Assembly: GCA_965248445.1 (NCBI GenBank)
Contig: CBDFJG010000004.1
Location: 128,001-192,000, forward strand
Direction of reading: 5' to 3'
Source of the DNA: Planctomycetota bacterium
GTDB taxonomy: Bacteria; Planctomycetota; JAJSAM01; JAJVHW01
Length of the DNA: 64,000 nt
Under the pieces are notes generated by a model. It was not told where the DNA came from. It saw only the letters and a list, made by a program, of their open reading frames with translations, and did no database searches. Made by a program: the position numbers and the translations under genes. Of this stretch, positions 28,925 to 37,517 are shown in pieces (position 1 is the stretch's first letter; each line of letters begins with the position of its first letter).

Positions 28925-29010
28925 GACGAACCAACACGTGACGAACCAACACGTCTCGTCCTCGTCAGAGGACGAACCAGCAAGCCACGTCTCGTCAGAG
29001 GACGAACCAA
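28925..29010 (+). repeat. Short direct-repeat cluster in the tricorn upstream region
   Basis: GACGAACCA at 28925, 28940, 28971 and 29001; CTCGTCAGAGGACGAACCA twice. Confidence 0.85.
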
Positions 29011-29073
29011 CAGAGACGAGCCCGGCAGCGTATCCGAAGCGCTCGCGCGCCGTCGCGGGTTACCCCCCCCCCG

Positions 29074-29706
29074 CTAGCCCATGCGCCGCGAGCTGCGCTT
29101 GCGAGCCGTCTTCTTGCGCGTCGTCTTCTTGTGCGTGGCCCGGCCGCCGGACTTCCTGGCTGTCTTCTTGCGCGTGGCCTTCTTGGCGGCCCGGCGCGTC
29201 CGCTTCCGCGTCGCCTTCTTGGCGGCCCTCTTTGCCGTCTTCTTCCGGGCCGTCTTCTTGCGTGTGGCCTTCTTGCGGGTCGTCTTCTTGCGCTTGCCCT
29301 TGGCCTGCTTGAGCTGCTCGGAAAGGGCGGCCACGCTGGCGGCCAGATCGTCGATCTCACGCTTGGTCGGAATGCCGAACTTGTGAAGCGCGGACGTCAC
29401 GGTCTCGTCGACGATCTCGCCGACCTTCTCGGCGGACTCGCCGAGCGACTCCCCCACCTTCTCGAGGCGCTCGCGCGCCTTTCCGCCCGCCTGGGCGGCC
29501 GCGGCCTTCAGCTCCTTCACGCGCGGGCGGCTCTTCTTCTCGAAGTCCTCCCCTTGCTCAACCAGCGATGAAAACAGGCGGGTGCCCTCTTTCTCAGCGA
29601 GCGACAGCGCGCCGAGTCCGGCCAGCCAGACCTGCTTCGCGGTCTTCGCGACGTCGTCGCGGATCGCGTCGACCTTCGTCTTCTTCTTCTTCTTCTTCTT
29701 GGCCAA
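29074..29706 (-). CDS. phaF: PHA granule-associated phasin (PhaF/PhaI type) with histone-like Lys/Arg tail
   Basis: QVWLAGLGAL...EG..LF..LV..GE; ALHKFGIPTKREID.L; KKATRKK repeats; GGAGGT RBS before TTG. Confidence 0.85.
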   Translation of the reverse strand: MAKKKKKKKTKVDAIRDDVAKTAKQVWLAGLGALSLAEKEGTRLFSSLVEQGEDFEKKSRPRVKELKAAAAQAGGKARERLEKVGESLGESAEKVGEIVDETVTSALHKFGIPTKREIDDLAASVAALSEQLKQAKGKRKKTTRKKATRKKTARKKTAKRAAKKATRKRTRRAAKKATRKKTARKSGGRATHKKTTRKKTARKRSSRRMG

Positions 29707-29754
29707 GGTTCACCTCCATCGGGGCGGCCTGCCCCGGAGCCGGATCGAGATCGA

Positions 29755-30195
29755 TCAGCCTCGCTGTTTCTTCTTCGTGTCGGCGGCGTCGTCCGCGAAC
29801 TCCGCGAGCGACGCTTCGAGTTCCTCCAACCGCTCGCGAAGGCTCGCGGTTTCCTCGCGCAGCCGCCGCACGGGGCCGATGCGGTCCACGCCCGCTTGGA
29901 CGACGCGCTCGACGCCCTCCTGCAGACGATGTGCACCCTCGGCGAACGCCGCCTCCCCGGACCGGATGAGCTCGTGCAGCAGTTCCTTCGGCGGCACGGC
30001 GCGTCCCTTCTTGCCCGCGTCGGCGATGGCCTGGGCCAGGACCTGGGTGGTCACGTCGTCCCCGCTGCGGTTGTCCAGCACACGCACGTCCTCGCCCGAC
30101 CGGATCCACCCGGCGATCTCCTCGAGGGAGACGTAGCGGCTGGACCGGCTGTCGTAGAGCTTGCGGCTCCCGTAGCGCTTGATCGTGCGAGGCAT
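29755..30195 (-). CDS. phaR: PHA synthesis regulator, PhaR-like DNA-binding protein
   Basis: IKRYGSRKLYD..SRYVSLEEI...IR.GEDV.V.DN.SG.DVT..VL.Q. Confidence 0.9.
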   Translation of the reverse strand: MPRTIKRYGSRKLYDSRSSRYVSLEEIAGWIRSGEDVRVLDNRSGDDVTTQVLAQAIADAGKKGRAVPPKELLHELIRSGEAAFAEGAHRLQEGVERVVQAGVDRIGPVRRLREETASLRERLEELEASLAEFADDAADTKKKQRG

Positions 30196-30204
30196 ACCCT
30201 CATG

Positions 30205-30253
30205 ATGCCGCATTGCGGCATTCGATGCCAGGGACTTGTGCCGAATCGCGGCA
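30205..30253. promoter_or_regulatory. Putative PhaR operator palindromes
   Basis: ATGCCGCA-T-TGCGGCAT (30205-30221) and TGCCG-N5-CGGCA (30239-30253), directly upstream of phaR. Confidence 0.55.
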
Positions 30254-30336
30254 ACGCGCGCTGATTCCGGACTTCTCGGGCACTTTTCGACCCGATTCGG
30301 GCCGATTCAGGCCTGAACACTCCCCGCCGCACCGCG

Positions 30337-30774
30337 TCACTCGGCGTCGTGGGAGGCCGGCCGCCGCATGTGGATGTGCGGGATGTCGTCCTCCAGGAAC
30401 TCGTCCCCGTAACGGACGTAGCCGTGAGCGGCGTAGTAGTCGTGGAGGTGGGCCTGCGCCGAGACCACGGTGGCGCGGTCCCCGACCCGCTCGAGCGCCC
30501 GGCGCATGATCGCGTGCCCTGCGCCCGTCCCGCGCACGCGCGGACTCGTCACCACGCGCCCGACCTTCGTGCCCCCGTCTGTCTCGTACCACCGCAGACA
30601 CGCCGCGAGCCCCTGGTCGTCGTACCCCAGCAGGTGCAGGGCGCCCTGGTCGAGGTCGTCCATGTCGAGGAAGACGCAGTCCTGCTCCACGACGAACACC
30701 TCGGAGCGCAGGCGCAGCAGCGCGTACAGCTCGTCGTTGGTCAGTGCGTCGAAGGTGCGGAAGCGCCACTCCAT
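30337..30774 (-). CDS. elaA: ElaA-family GNAT acetyltransferase
   Basis: LYALLRLRSEVFVVEQDC...D.D; GRVV; SAQAHL..YY...G; FLEDDIPHI.M. Confidence 0.92.
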   Translation of the reverse strand: MEWRFRTFDALTNDELYALLRLRSEVFVVEQDCVFLDMDDLDQGALHLLGYDDQGLAACLRWYETDGGTKVGRVVTSPRVRGTGAGHAIMRRALERVGDRATVVSAQAHLHDYYAAHGYVRYGDEFLEDDIPHIHMRRPASHDAE

Positions 30775-30810
30775 GGGCGGGGAGTGTACGCGCCGGAGTA
30801 TCGTGAGCGC

Positions 30811-31512
30811 ATGTCGCGCCGAAACCTCGTCAGGCTGATGATGTGCTTGACACCACTCCTCGTAGCGAGCGTGCTGGCGGCGGTGCTCGTGGCCGGGCTG
30901 CACCCCGACGGGCTGCCTTTCAACGTCGACTATGTCGAGCCGAGGGGACTCGGGTTCGGGCAGACGTCCGTGATCCCACCCTTGGACGCCACGCGATCCG
31001 TCATCGTGTGTGTTGCAGCGGTCGTCACGATCGCCGCCATGGGTGCACTCCTGGCGCGCTGCTGGAAGAAGCGGCACTCGTTGCGGGAGACCGAGCAGCC
31101 ACGGGAGTGGGTCGTCCTCGCGGCCGTGGCCGTCGGCGCCTTTTCGTGCGGGACGTTCACGGGATCGTTGAACGATGTCCGGCACGGTCTCCACCTGACC
31201 GGGGCGTCAGTGTACTTCGTGTTCGCGCCCGTCGCTCTGCTCGCGCTCGGATTGACGTCTCCCGTCGTGCGCGCGGTACCGCGGGTGGTCGCGTTCGCGG
31301 GGACGCTGTACGGCGCAGCAACGCTGTCGTACGGCTACGCGCAGTACGGCGAGTTTCGTTGGTGGGACGATCCGTTGCCCGCGACCGTCGTCATCGGTGC
31401 CGGCGCGGTACTCGTCGCGATCATCTCCGCCTGGGCGCGCGCCATGTGGTTCCGGCGACCCCCGTTCGATCCCGACAATCCGCTCGCGCCGCGGCGCCCC
31501 CACCGGGTCTAA
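30811..31512 (+). CDS. Hypothetical membrane protein
   Basis: Multiple hydrophobic helices; TANNNT box 6 nt upstream of ATG. Confidence 0.65.
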   Translation: MSRRNLVRLMMCLTPLLVASVLAAVLVAGLHPDGLPFNVDYVEPRGLGFGQTSVIPPLDATRSVIVCVAAVVTIAAMGALLARCWKKRHSLRETEQPREWVVLAAVAVGAFSCGTFTGSLNDVRHGLHLTGASVYFVFAPVALLALGLTSPVVRAVPRVVAFAGTLYGAATLSYGYAQYGEFRWWDDPLPATVVIGAGAVLVAIISAWARAMWFRRPPFDPDNPLAPRRPHRV

Positions 31513-31552
31513 CTAATCAACTTGTAGCCCTCGTGTGGCGTCCGGGTCGGGG

Positions 31553-31751
31553 CTACTTCTTCGCGTCGAGGCCCATCCAGGCGGGGAGGCCGGAGCGCTC
31601 CTTCGTCGGCTCGCATGCGAGCACGATCGTCCACGCGGCGGTGGTCCAGACCTGGCCGAACGAGACCCTCCTTGAAGCTCTTCGGCGCGGCGACGATCAC
31701 GTCGCCGACCTGCAGTCCGGCCTTCGCGGCCGGTCCATCGGGAAGCAGCAG
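31553..31751 (-). pseudogene. Gene remnant: PDZ-like fragment joined out of frame to a C-terminal fragment
   Basis: LLPDGPAAKAGLQVGDVIVA (PDZ signature), then in another frame VSFGQVWTTAAWTIVLACEP...DAKK*. Confidence 0.45.
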
Positions 31752-31908
31752 GTTGCAGGCTGGAAGAGGTGACTTCCGACTGCAGGGTCCCTCGCCAGAG
31801 GACTTCCCGGAGATCCCGGACGTCGGTGGCCGGAGGTTATCCGGAAGCCGGGCGGCGCCCTCGCGAACCAACTGCGGGCGGTCCGGTTGGAAGCAGGGGA
31901 GGAACACC

Positions 31909-32136
31909 ATGAAGTCCACCGGCGCTGCGTACCTGCTTTGGCTGCTCTGCTTCTGCGGGTTCTTCGGCATTCACCGCTTCTACGCAGGGCGCTGGGTGAC
32001 GGGCCTGATCTGGCTTTTCACCGGAGGGTTCTTCCTGATCGGTCAGATCGTCGACCTCTTCCTGATCCCCGTGATCATCGACGAGGAGAACCGCGAACCC
32101 GGCTACGCGCCGGCATACGCCCTGGGCGCTGGCTGA
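31909..32136 (+). CDS. TM2/NINE domain small membrane protein
   Basis: KS...AYLLW...GFFGIHRFY.GR..TG.IW.FT.G.F.IG.IVDLFLIP; GGAGG RBS. Confidence 0.92.
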   Translation: MKSTGAAYLLWLLCFCGFFGIHRFYAGRWVTGLIWLFTGGFFLIGQIVDLFLIPVIIDEENREPGYAPAYALGAG

Positions 32137-32169
32137 CGTTCCCCAAGGCGTCGCGGTAGCCTGCGCGGC

Positions 32170-33024
32170 GTGATGAGCACCGCCTTCCTGAACGGGCAGT
32201 TCATGCCGCTCGGTGACGTGCGGATCTCGCCGCTCGACCGCGGGTTTCTGTTCGGCGACGGCCTGTACGAGGTCGTCCCGGCCTACGCGGGCACGCTGTT
32301 CCATGCTGACGAACACGTCGTGCGGCTCGAGCGAGGCCTGCAGTTCATCAAGCTCGAACTCGGCTGCTACGACTGGCGCGGCCTGCTCCGCGACATGGTC
32401 GCGCGCAACGGGGGCGGCACACTGAGCGTGTACGTGCAGGTGACCCGGGGCCCGACGGACCTGCGCACGCACTGGTTCCCGGAGAAGCCGACGCCAACGG
32501 TGTTCTCGATGGCGACGCCACTGCGAGGCCCCGCGGCCGAAGCGCTGACCAACGGTGTGAGCACGACGGTCGTACCGGACATCCGGTGGGGCGCCTGCAA
32601 CATCAAGGCACTGACGCTGCTACCCAACGTGCTGGCGCGGCAGGCCGCCATCGACGCCGGCACGAGCGATGCGATCCTCGTCCGGGACGGGCTGCTGACC
32701 GAGACGACTGCGGGCAACCTGTTCCTCGTGAAGGACGGCGAATTGCTGACGCCGATCGCCGACAACCGCATCCTCCCCGGCGTCACGCGAACGGTGCTGA
32801 TCGACCTCGCGCGGGCCGGCGGCATCACGGTGCGCGAGGAGGACCTGCCTGGGGAGCGTCTCGACGACGCCGACGAAGTCTGGCTCTCGAGCACGACGCG
32901 GGACGCGCTGCCCGTGACCAGCATCGACGGGCGGCCGGTCGGCGACGGGCGACCGGGACCGCTCTGGCGCCGCATGTGGGACGCGTTCCAAACCCACAAG
33001 CGCGAAGTCTGCGGACTGGACTGA
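32170..33024 (+). CDS. dat: D-amino acid aminotransferase (class IV PLP)
   Basis: DRGFLFGDGLYEV, YVQVTRG, DIRW...IKAL.LLPNVLA, ILPGVTR. Confidence 0.85.
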   Translation: MMSTAFLNGQFMPLGDVRISPLDRGFLFGDGLYEVVPAYAGTLFHADEHVVRLERGLQFIKLELGCYDWRGLLRDMVARNGGGTLSVYVQVTRGPTDLRTHWFPEKPTPTVFSMATPLRGPAAEALTNGVSTTVVPDIRWGACNIKALTLLPNVLARQAAIDAGTSDAILVRDGLLTETTAGNLFLVKDGELLTPIADNRILPGVTRTVLIDLARAGGITVREEDLPGERLDDADEVWLSSTTRDALPVTSIDGRPVGDGRPGPLWRRMWDAFQTHKREVCGLD

Positions 33025-33028
33025 GCCG

Positions 33029-34015
33029 CTAGCGGGCGCGCGCCCACTCGAGCGCCATCGCCAGTGCCGCCTGCGTGACGCGGCGCATGAACGTGAAGTC
33101 GAGCGTGTCGATCGTGTCGTGCGACGTGTGGTAGTGCGGGTTCCGGAAGTTCGCCGTGTCGCTCAGCATCAGCCCGTGCAGGCCGCGCTCCCAGTACGCC
33201 TGGTGGTCGCTCCTCGCGGCGTCGCCGAAGAAGCCTCCGAGGCGGTTCAGGCTGTAGTAGTCGAGGTCCGGCACGTAGTCGTCGGCGGCGCGCTCGAACA
33301 CGTTACCGATCCAGCCGCTGCGCAGGTTCCCGACCACCGCGATGAAGTTGCCGACCGTCGGCGGCTCGAGAAGCAACGGGATGCGAACGGGCGTCTTCTG
33401 TGATCCCTCCTCCGCGTTCGTGTAGCCGATCATCTCGAGAGAGACGAAACCCGCGACGCGGCCGGCCTCGCCGTTCAGCACGCGCTCGGCGTGGTGGCGG
33501 CTGCCGCCGAGTCCGTCCTCTTCCTGCGCGAGGAAGATGAACCGGAGGGTGCGCTCCGTGTTGGTGCCGGCCGCAGTGCGCGCGATCTCCAGCAGGCCCG
33601 CAACGGCACTGCCGTTGTCGTCCGCGCCCGGTGAACCCGGAACGGTGTCGTAGTGCGCGCCGATCTCGAGGACGCGGTCGGGTTCGCTCTCGCCGCGGAC
33701 CTCCACGATGACGTTCGTGTGCTCGCGATCCTCGGTGAAGATCTTGTCTCCGTCCCGCACGGTGGTCGACGCGACGAAGGTCTCGAGCATCGGAACGTGA
33801 CCGGCGGCCGACAGGCGGTCCACGAGATATGCAACGGTGCGCGTCATCGCGTCGCCGTCGTAGCCCGGCCGTGGTCCGTCTCGTGTCAGAGCCTCCACGT
33901 GCCCGCGCAGCAGCTCGTCGGAGACGTTGTCCACACGTGCGGCGATGACTGGATTCGTCACCGCTGCGCACCCCGCGAGCAGCGCGGCGACGAGAAGCAC
34001 CCGGAGTGCACGCAC
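33029..34015 (-). CDS. M28 family peptidase, lipoprotein
   Basis: LAGC lipobox; GAHYDT, PGADDNGSAVA, QEE, SLEMIGY, RSDH, NPHYH. Confidence 0.9.
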   Translation of the reverse strand: MRALRVLLVAALLAGCAAVTNPVIAARVDNVSDELLRGHVEALTRDGPRPGYDGDAMTRTVAYLVDRLSAAGHVPMLETFVASTTVRDGDKIFTEDREHTNVIVEVRGESEPDRVLEIGAHYDTVPGSPGADDNGSAVAGLLEIARTAAGTNTERTLRFIFLAQEEDGLGGSRHHAERVLNGEAGRVAGFVSLEMIGYTNAEEGSQKTPVRIPLLLEPPTVGNFIAVVGNLRSGWIGNVFERAADDYVPDLDYYSLNRLGGFFGDAARSDHQAYWERGLHGLMLSDTANFRNPHYHTSHDTIDTLDFTFMRRVTQAALAMALEWARAR

Positions 34016-34019
34016 GCGG

Positions 34020-35303
34020 TCACTCGTAGCGCAGCGCCTGGATCGGGTCGAGGTGGCTCGCGCGCCACGCAGGGAACAACCCCGAGAAGATCCCGACGAG
34101 CGCCGACACCGCGAGCGCCCACAGCGCGACGTCGAGCGTGAACTTCGCTTCCCAGCCCGTGTACCACTCCATCAGGTGGACTCCGCCCTGGCCGACCAGC
34201 ACGCCGAGGATCCCACCCGTCGCGGCGAGCATCACGGTCTCCATGAGGAACTGCCCCATGATGTGCCGTCGTTTGGCGCCGATGGCGCGGCGCACGCCGA
34301 TCTCCCGCGTCCGCTCGGTGACCGTCGCCAGCATGATATTCGCGATGCCGATGCCTCCGACCAGCAGCGAGATGCCTGCGATCAGGAGCAGCGCGATGTT
34401 GAACACCGCCTGGTACTTGCGCCGCTGCTCCAGCAGTTCGAGCGGTACGACCAGTTCGTAGTCGCGGTTCTCGTGCAGCTTGTCCAGCAGCGTGCGCAGC
34501 ATGTGCGCCACCGGGATCACGGACTGCTGGTCCTTCACCTCCACGACGATCTGGTTGAGCTCGATGTTCGTGGATTGGTACGAGCCGCTGGCGCGCGACA
34601 CGGAGCGTGTGCCGATTCGCGTGAGAACCGTCGAGTAGGGCACGTAGATCTCGTTGTCCCGGCGCTCCGGCGCGGCCAGCGCCTTGCGCATCAGGCCCTG
34701 GAACTCCTCGTCGTGCAGGATGCCGACGACCTCGTACACCTGTTCGCCAACGCGGATCTTGTGACCCAGCGGATCGCCGTAGTGCCCGAGCGCCCGCAAC
34801 AACTGTTGGTGCACGACTGCAACGGGCCGCCGCTCGCGCTCGTCATCGGCGGTGATGCCGCGGCCCCGCGCGACGGCGAACTTCACGGCGGGGAAGTAGT
34901 CGGGAGTGATCCCGACGACGAGCACGTCTTCCTTGAGGCTGCCCTCCCACGCGCTCTCGGTGTACGAGTGGACCGGCAGCGCGCGGATCAAGCCGGGCAC
35001 TGTCTCGATGATCTGGTCGTAATCCGCGAATGTGAGGCCGTAGCTCAGCGTCCATGAGCGCTCGGTGTTGGCGCTGCGATCCTCGGGCGGCTTCACGCTG
35101 TTGACGATGACGTTGGTGATGCCGAGCTGATCGATCTCGCGGAGGATCTCCTCCTCGGCGCCGCGGCCGAGCGCCATCATCGTGACGACCGACGCGATCC
35201 CGAAGACGACACCCAGCGTGGTGAGCAGCGAGCGAAGCGCGTACCCGCGCAGGTTGCGCAGAGAGAGCGCAGCGGTCTCCAGCAGACGGATGAAGAACGT
35301 CAC
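34020..35303 (-). CDS. MacB/FtsX-like ABC transporter permease
   Basis: RSLLTTLGVVFGIASV; ISLLVGGIGIANIMLATVTERTREIGVRRAIGA; LDPIQALRYE. Confidence 0.95.
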   Translation of the reverse strand: MTFFIRLLETAALSLRNLRGYALRSLLTTLGVVFGIASVVTMMALGRGAEEEILREIDQLGITNVIVNSVKPPEDRSANTERSWTLSYGLTFADYDQIIETVPGLIRALPVHSYTESAWEGSLKEDVLVVGITPDYFPAVKFAVARGRGITADDERERRPVAVVHQQLLRALGHYGDPLGHKIRVGEQVYEVVGILHDEEFQGLMRKALAAPERRDNEIYVPYSTVLTRIGTRSVSRASGSYQSTNIELNQIVVEVKDQQSVIPVAHMLRTLLDKLHENRDYELVVPLELLEQRRKYQAVFNIALLLIAGISLLVGGIGIANIMLATVTERTREIGVRRAIGAKRRHIMGQFLMETVMLAATGGILGVLVGQGGVHLMEWYTGWEAKFTLDVALWALAVSALVGIFSGLFPAWRASHLDPIQALRYE

Positions 35304-36004
35304 CCCACCGACTCCATGCGGCGGTCGCTGGTCACCAGTCCGTCGCTGAGCTGGACCACGCGCGGAGCGTGGTCGGCGATGGCCGGGTCGTGCGTGATCA
35401 GCACGACGGTGCGTCCCTCGTCGTGGATGTCCTCGATCAGCGCGAGGATCGACTTGCCGGTCTCCGAGTCCAGGTTGCCGGTCGGTTCGTCGGCGAGCAG
35501 CAGCGGCGGATCGTGCACGAGCGCCCGCGCGATCGCACCGCGCTGCTGCTCACCGCCGGAGAGCTGCGTCGGGCGATGGGTGAGCCGATGTCCCAGTCCC
35601 ACGCGTTCGAGTGCCGCCTTGGCCGCCTCGTGGCGCCGCCACCTCGGGACCCCCGCGTAGTAGAGCGGGACCTCGACGTTCTCGAGGATCGTGAGCTGCG
35701 GGATCAGCTGGAACGACTGGAAGACGAACCCGATCTCGCGAAGACGCAGTTCCGACAGCTCTGAGTCGCGCATCGCGAGGACGTTGCGCCCTCCGAGCGC
35801 GTACGAACCCTGTCCGGGCCGGTCCAGGCAGCCGAGAATCGCGAGCAGCGTGCTCTTGCCCGAGCCGGATGCACCGACGATCGCCATGTACTCACCGGCG
35901 TCGACCGCGAGGTCGATGCCGCGCAGCACCTCGACACGCGCGTCGCCCTCGCCGTACCACCGATGCACGTCGCGCGCCGCGATCAGCGGAGTGCCGGCTT
36001 CCAT
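35300..36004 (-). CDS. ABC transporter ATP-binding protein (MacB/LolD type)
   Basis: GASGSGKST, LSGGEQQR, LLADEPTGNLD, ITHD. Confidence 0.95.
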   Translation of the reverse strand: MEAGTPLIAARDVHRWYGEGDARVEVLRGIDLAVDAGEYMAIVGASGSGKSTLLAILGCLDRPGQGSYALGGRNVLAMRDSELSELRLREIGFVFQSFQLIPQLTILENVEVPLYYAGVPRWRRHEAAKAALERVGLGHRLTHRPTQLSGGEQQRGAIARALVHDPPLLLADEPTGNLDSETGKSILALIEDIHDEGRTVVLITHDPAIADHAPRVVQLSDGLVTSDRRMESVG

Positions 36005-36017
36005 CTCACAGCTCCCG

Positions 36018-37517
36018 TCAGGGTTTCCCGGGCTTCTTGCCGGGTTGCGGCACGGAGCCGGACGACCCGCTCGGCGAGACGTCGGCTGCGCGCTCGGGGT
36101 TGTAGAGCGCGATGTGTTCACCGGCCGCGAGCCCCTCGGTGACGACGGTGTACTGCCCGTTGCCGGGAGCGATCTTCACGATCGCGCGCTCGAACCCGGT
36201 CGGCGTGCGCTTGAACACCCAGAACTCGCCGCTCTCGGCGAACACCGCCTGTACCGGCACGGCGAGCACGTCCTTCAATTCGTCGACGAGGATCTCGACG
36301 CGCGACGTCAGGCCGGGCTTGAGCTCCAGCGCCTGCAACTCACCGGTGAGCGAGACCTCCACGCGGAAGCGCTTCGTGTTGTCGCCCCACCGCCGACGCT
36401 GCGCGTTGGGGACAAGCGCCACCTTGGTGACCTCGGCGTCGAGCGTGCGGTTGCGGGCGGTCTCGACGGTCACGAAGGCCTTCTGGCCCGTCGCCATCCG
36501 GGAGATGTCGGCCTCGTGGATGGCCAGCACGACCTGCATCTCTGAGAGGTCCGGCAGGGTGAGGAACGCCTGCTTGGAGTACACGGTTTCGCCGACCTTG
36601 ATCTCGCGGTCTTCCCAGGGATTGCGCGCGTCGCCGTACACCACGATGCCTGGCCCCGGCGCGCGAATAACCATGTTCTCGAGGTTCGTATTCTGCTCGG
36701 TGAGCCGCGTGACGACGTTCTCGCGCTCGCGCTTCTGCCGATCCACGTTCGAGCGCTTCTGCGCCTCACGCGCCCTGCCGCGCTGCTTCACGCGGTCCAC
36801 CGCGAGCTCGGCGTTACGGACGTCGGCTTCGCGCTGCTGCAACTCCTTCGGCGCCGTGTACCTGAGGTACGTGGAGAGATCGAGCTTGGCGAGCTCGAGG
36901 TCGGACTCCGCCTTCACCTGGTTGATGCGCTCTTCCTCGACCTGTTCCGACGTGACGAAGCCCTCCTCGAGGAGCGCGGGCATCTGCTGGTACTTGCGTC
37001 GTGCGCGCTCGAGCGAGGACGTCGCCTCCTCCACCTTCGTGGTCTTGCGGGTCTGCTCCTGGACGAACTCGCCCTTCTGGTAGCGCTCCAGCTCGACGTG
37101 CGCGAACTTGAGTTCCAGCTCGGCGTCCTGCTGGTCCGCTTCGTTCTGACTGAGCTGGATCTCAAGTTCCGCGTCGGCGGCGGCCACTTCGGCCTGCAGC
37201 TGGATGACGCGATCCTCGAGCTGGCCGATCTCCTTGACGACCGACGTGGAGTCGAGTTCGCAGAGGATGTCGCCCGCCGCGACCGTCTTCCCCTCGTCGA
37301 CGAGCTGCATGATCTTCGCCTGCCCGGGGATCGCCGAGCGGATGAGGATCTGGTTCGTGGCCTTGAGCGTGCCCTTCTCGGTCACGGTGACGCGCAGGTC
37401 GCGACGTGCGACCTCGAACGTCGCAACGGCGGGCACGTTGCCCGCATCGGAGGAATCGCCACAAGCGGGCACGACGAGCGTGGCCGTGAGCACGAGCGCC
37501 ATCAGGCCGCGCGTCAT
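36018..37517 (-). CDS. Efflux periplasmic adaptor (MacA/HlyD family)
   Basis: G..V..GD.L.ELD lipoyl-like motif, long coiled coil, IRAP..G.V, LKPGLT, VP..AV; ATGA overlap with upstream stop. Confidence 0.9.
   Translation of the reverse strand: MTRGLMALVLTATLVVPACGDSSDAGNVPAVATFEVARRDLRVTVTEKGTLKATNQILIRSAIPGQAKIMQLVDEGKTVAAGDILCELDSTSVVKEIGQLEDRVIQLQAEVAAADAELEIQLSQNEADQQDAELELKFAHVELERYQKGEFVQEQTRKTTKVEEATSSLERARRKYQQMPALLEEGFVTSEQVEEERINQVKAESDLELAKLDLSTYLRYTAPKELQQREADVRNAELAVDRVKQRGRAREAQKRSNVDRQKRERENVVTRLTEQNTNLENMVIRAPGPGIVVYGDARNPWEDREIKVGETVYSKQAFLTLPDLSEMQVVLAIHEADISRMATGQKAFVTVETARNRTLDAEVTKVALVPNAQRRRWGDNTKRFRVEVSLTGELQALELKPGLTSRVEILVDELKDVLAVPVQAVFAESGEFWVFKRTPTGFERAIVKIAPGNGQYTVVTEGLAAGEHIALYNPERAADVSPSGSSGSVPQPGKKPGKP

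Noticed and set aside
28925..29010. Possible CRISPR mini-array
   Set aside because: The repeat core is only 9-19 nt, the spacers are short and themselves repetitive, and there are no cas genes in the window.
29090..29300. Degenerate 15-nt repeats
   Set aside because: Explained by the KKATRKK histone-like tail of the phasin.
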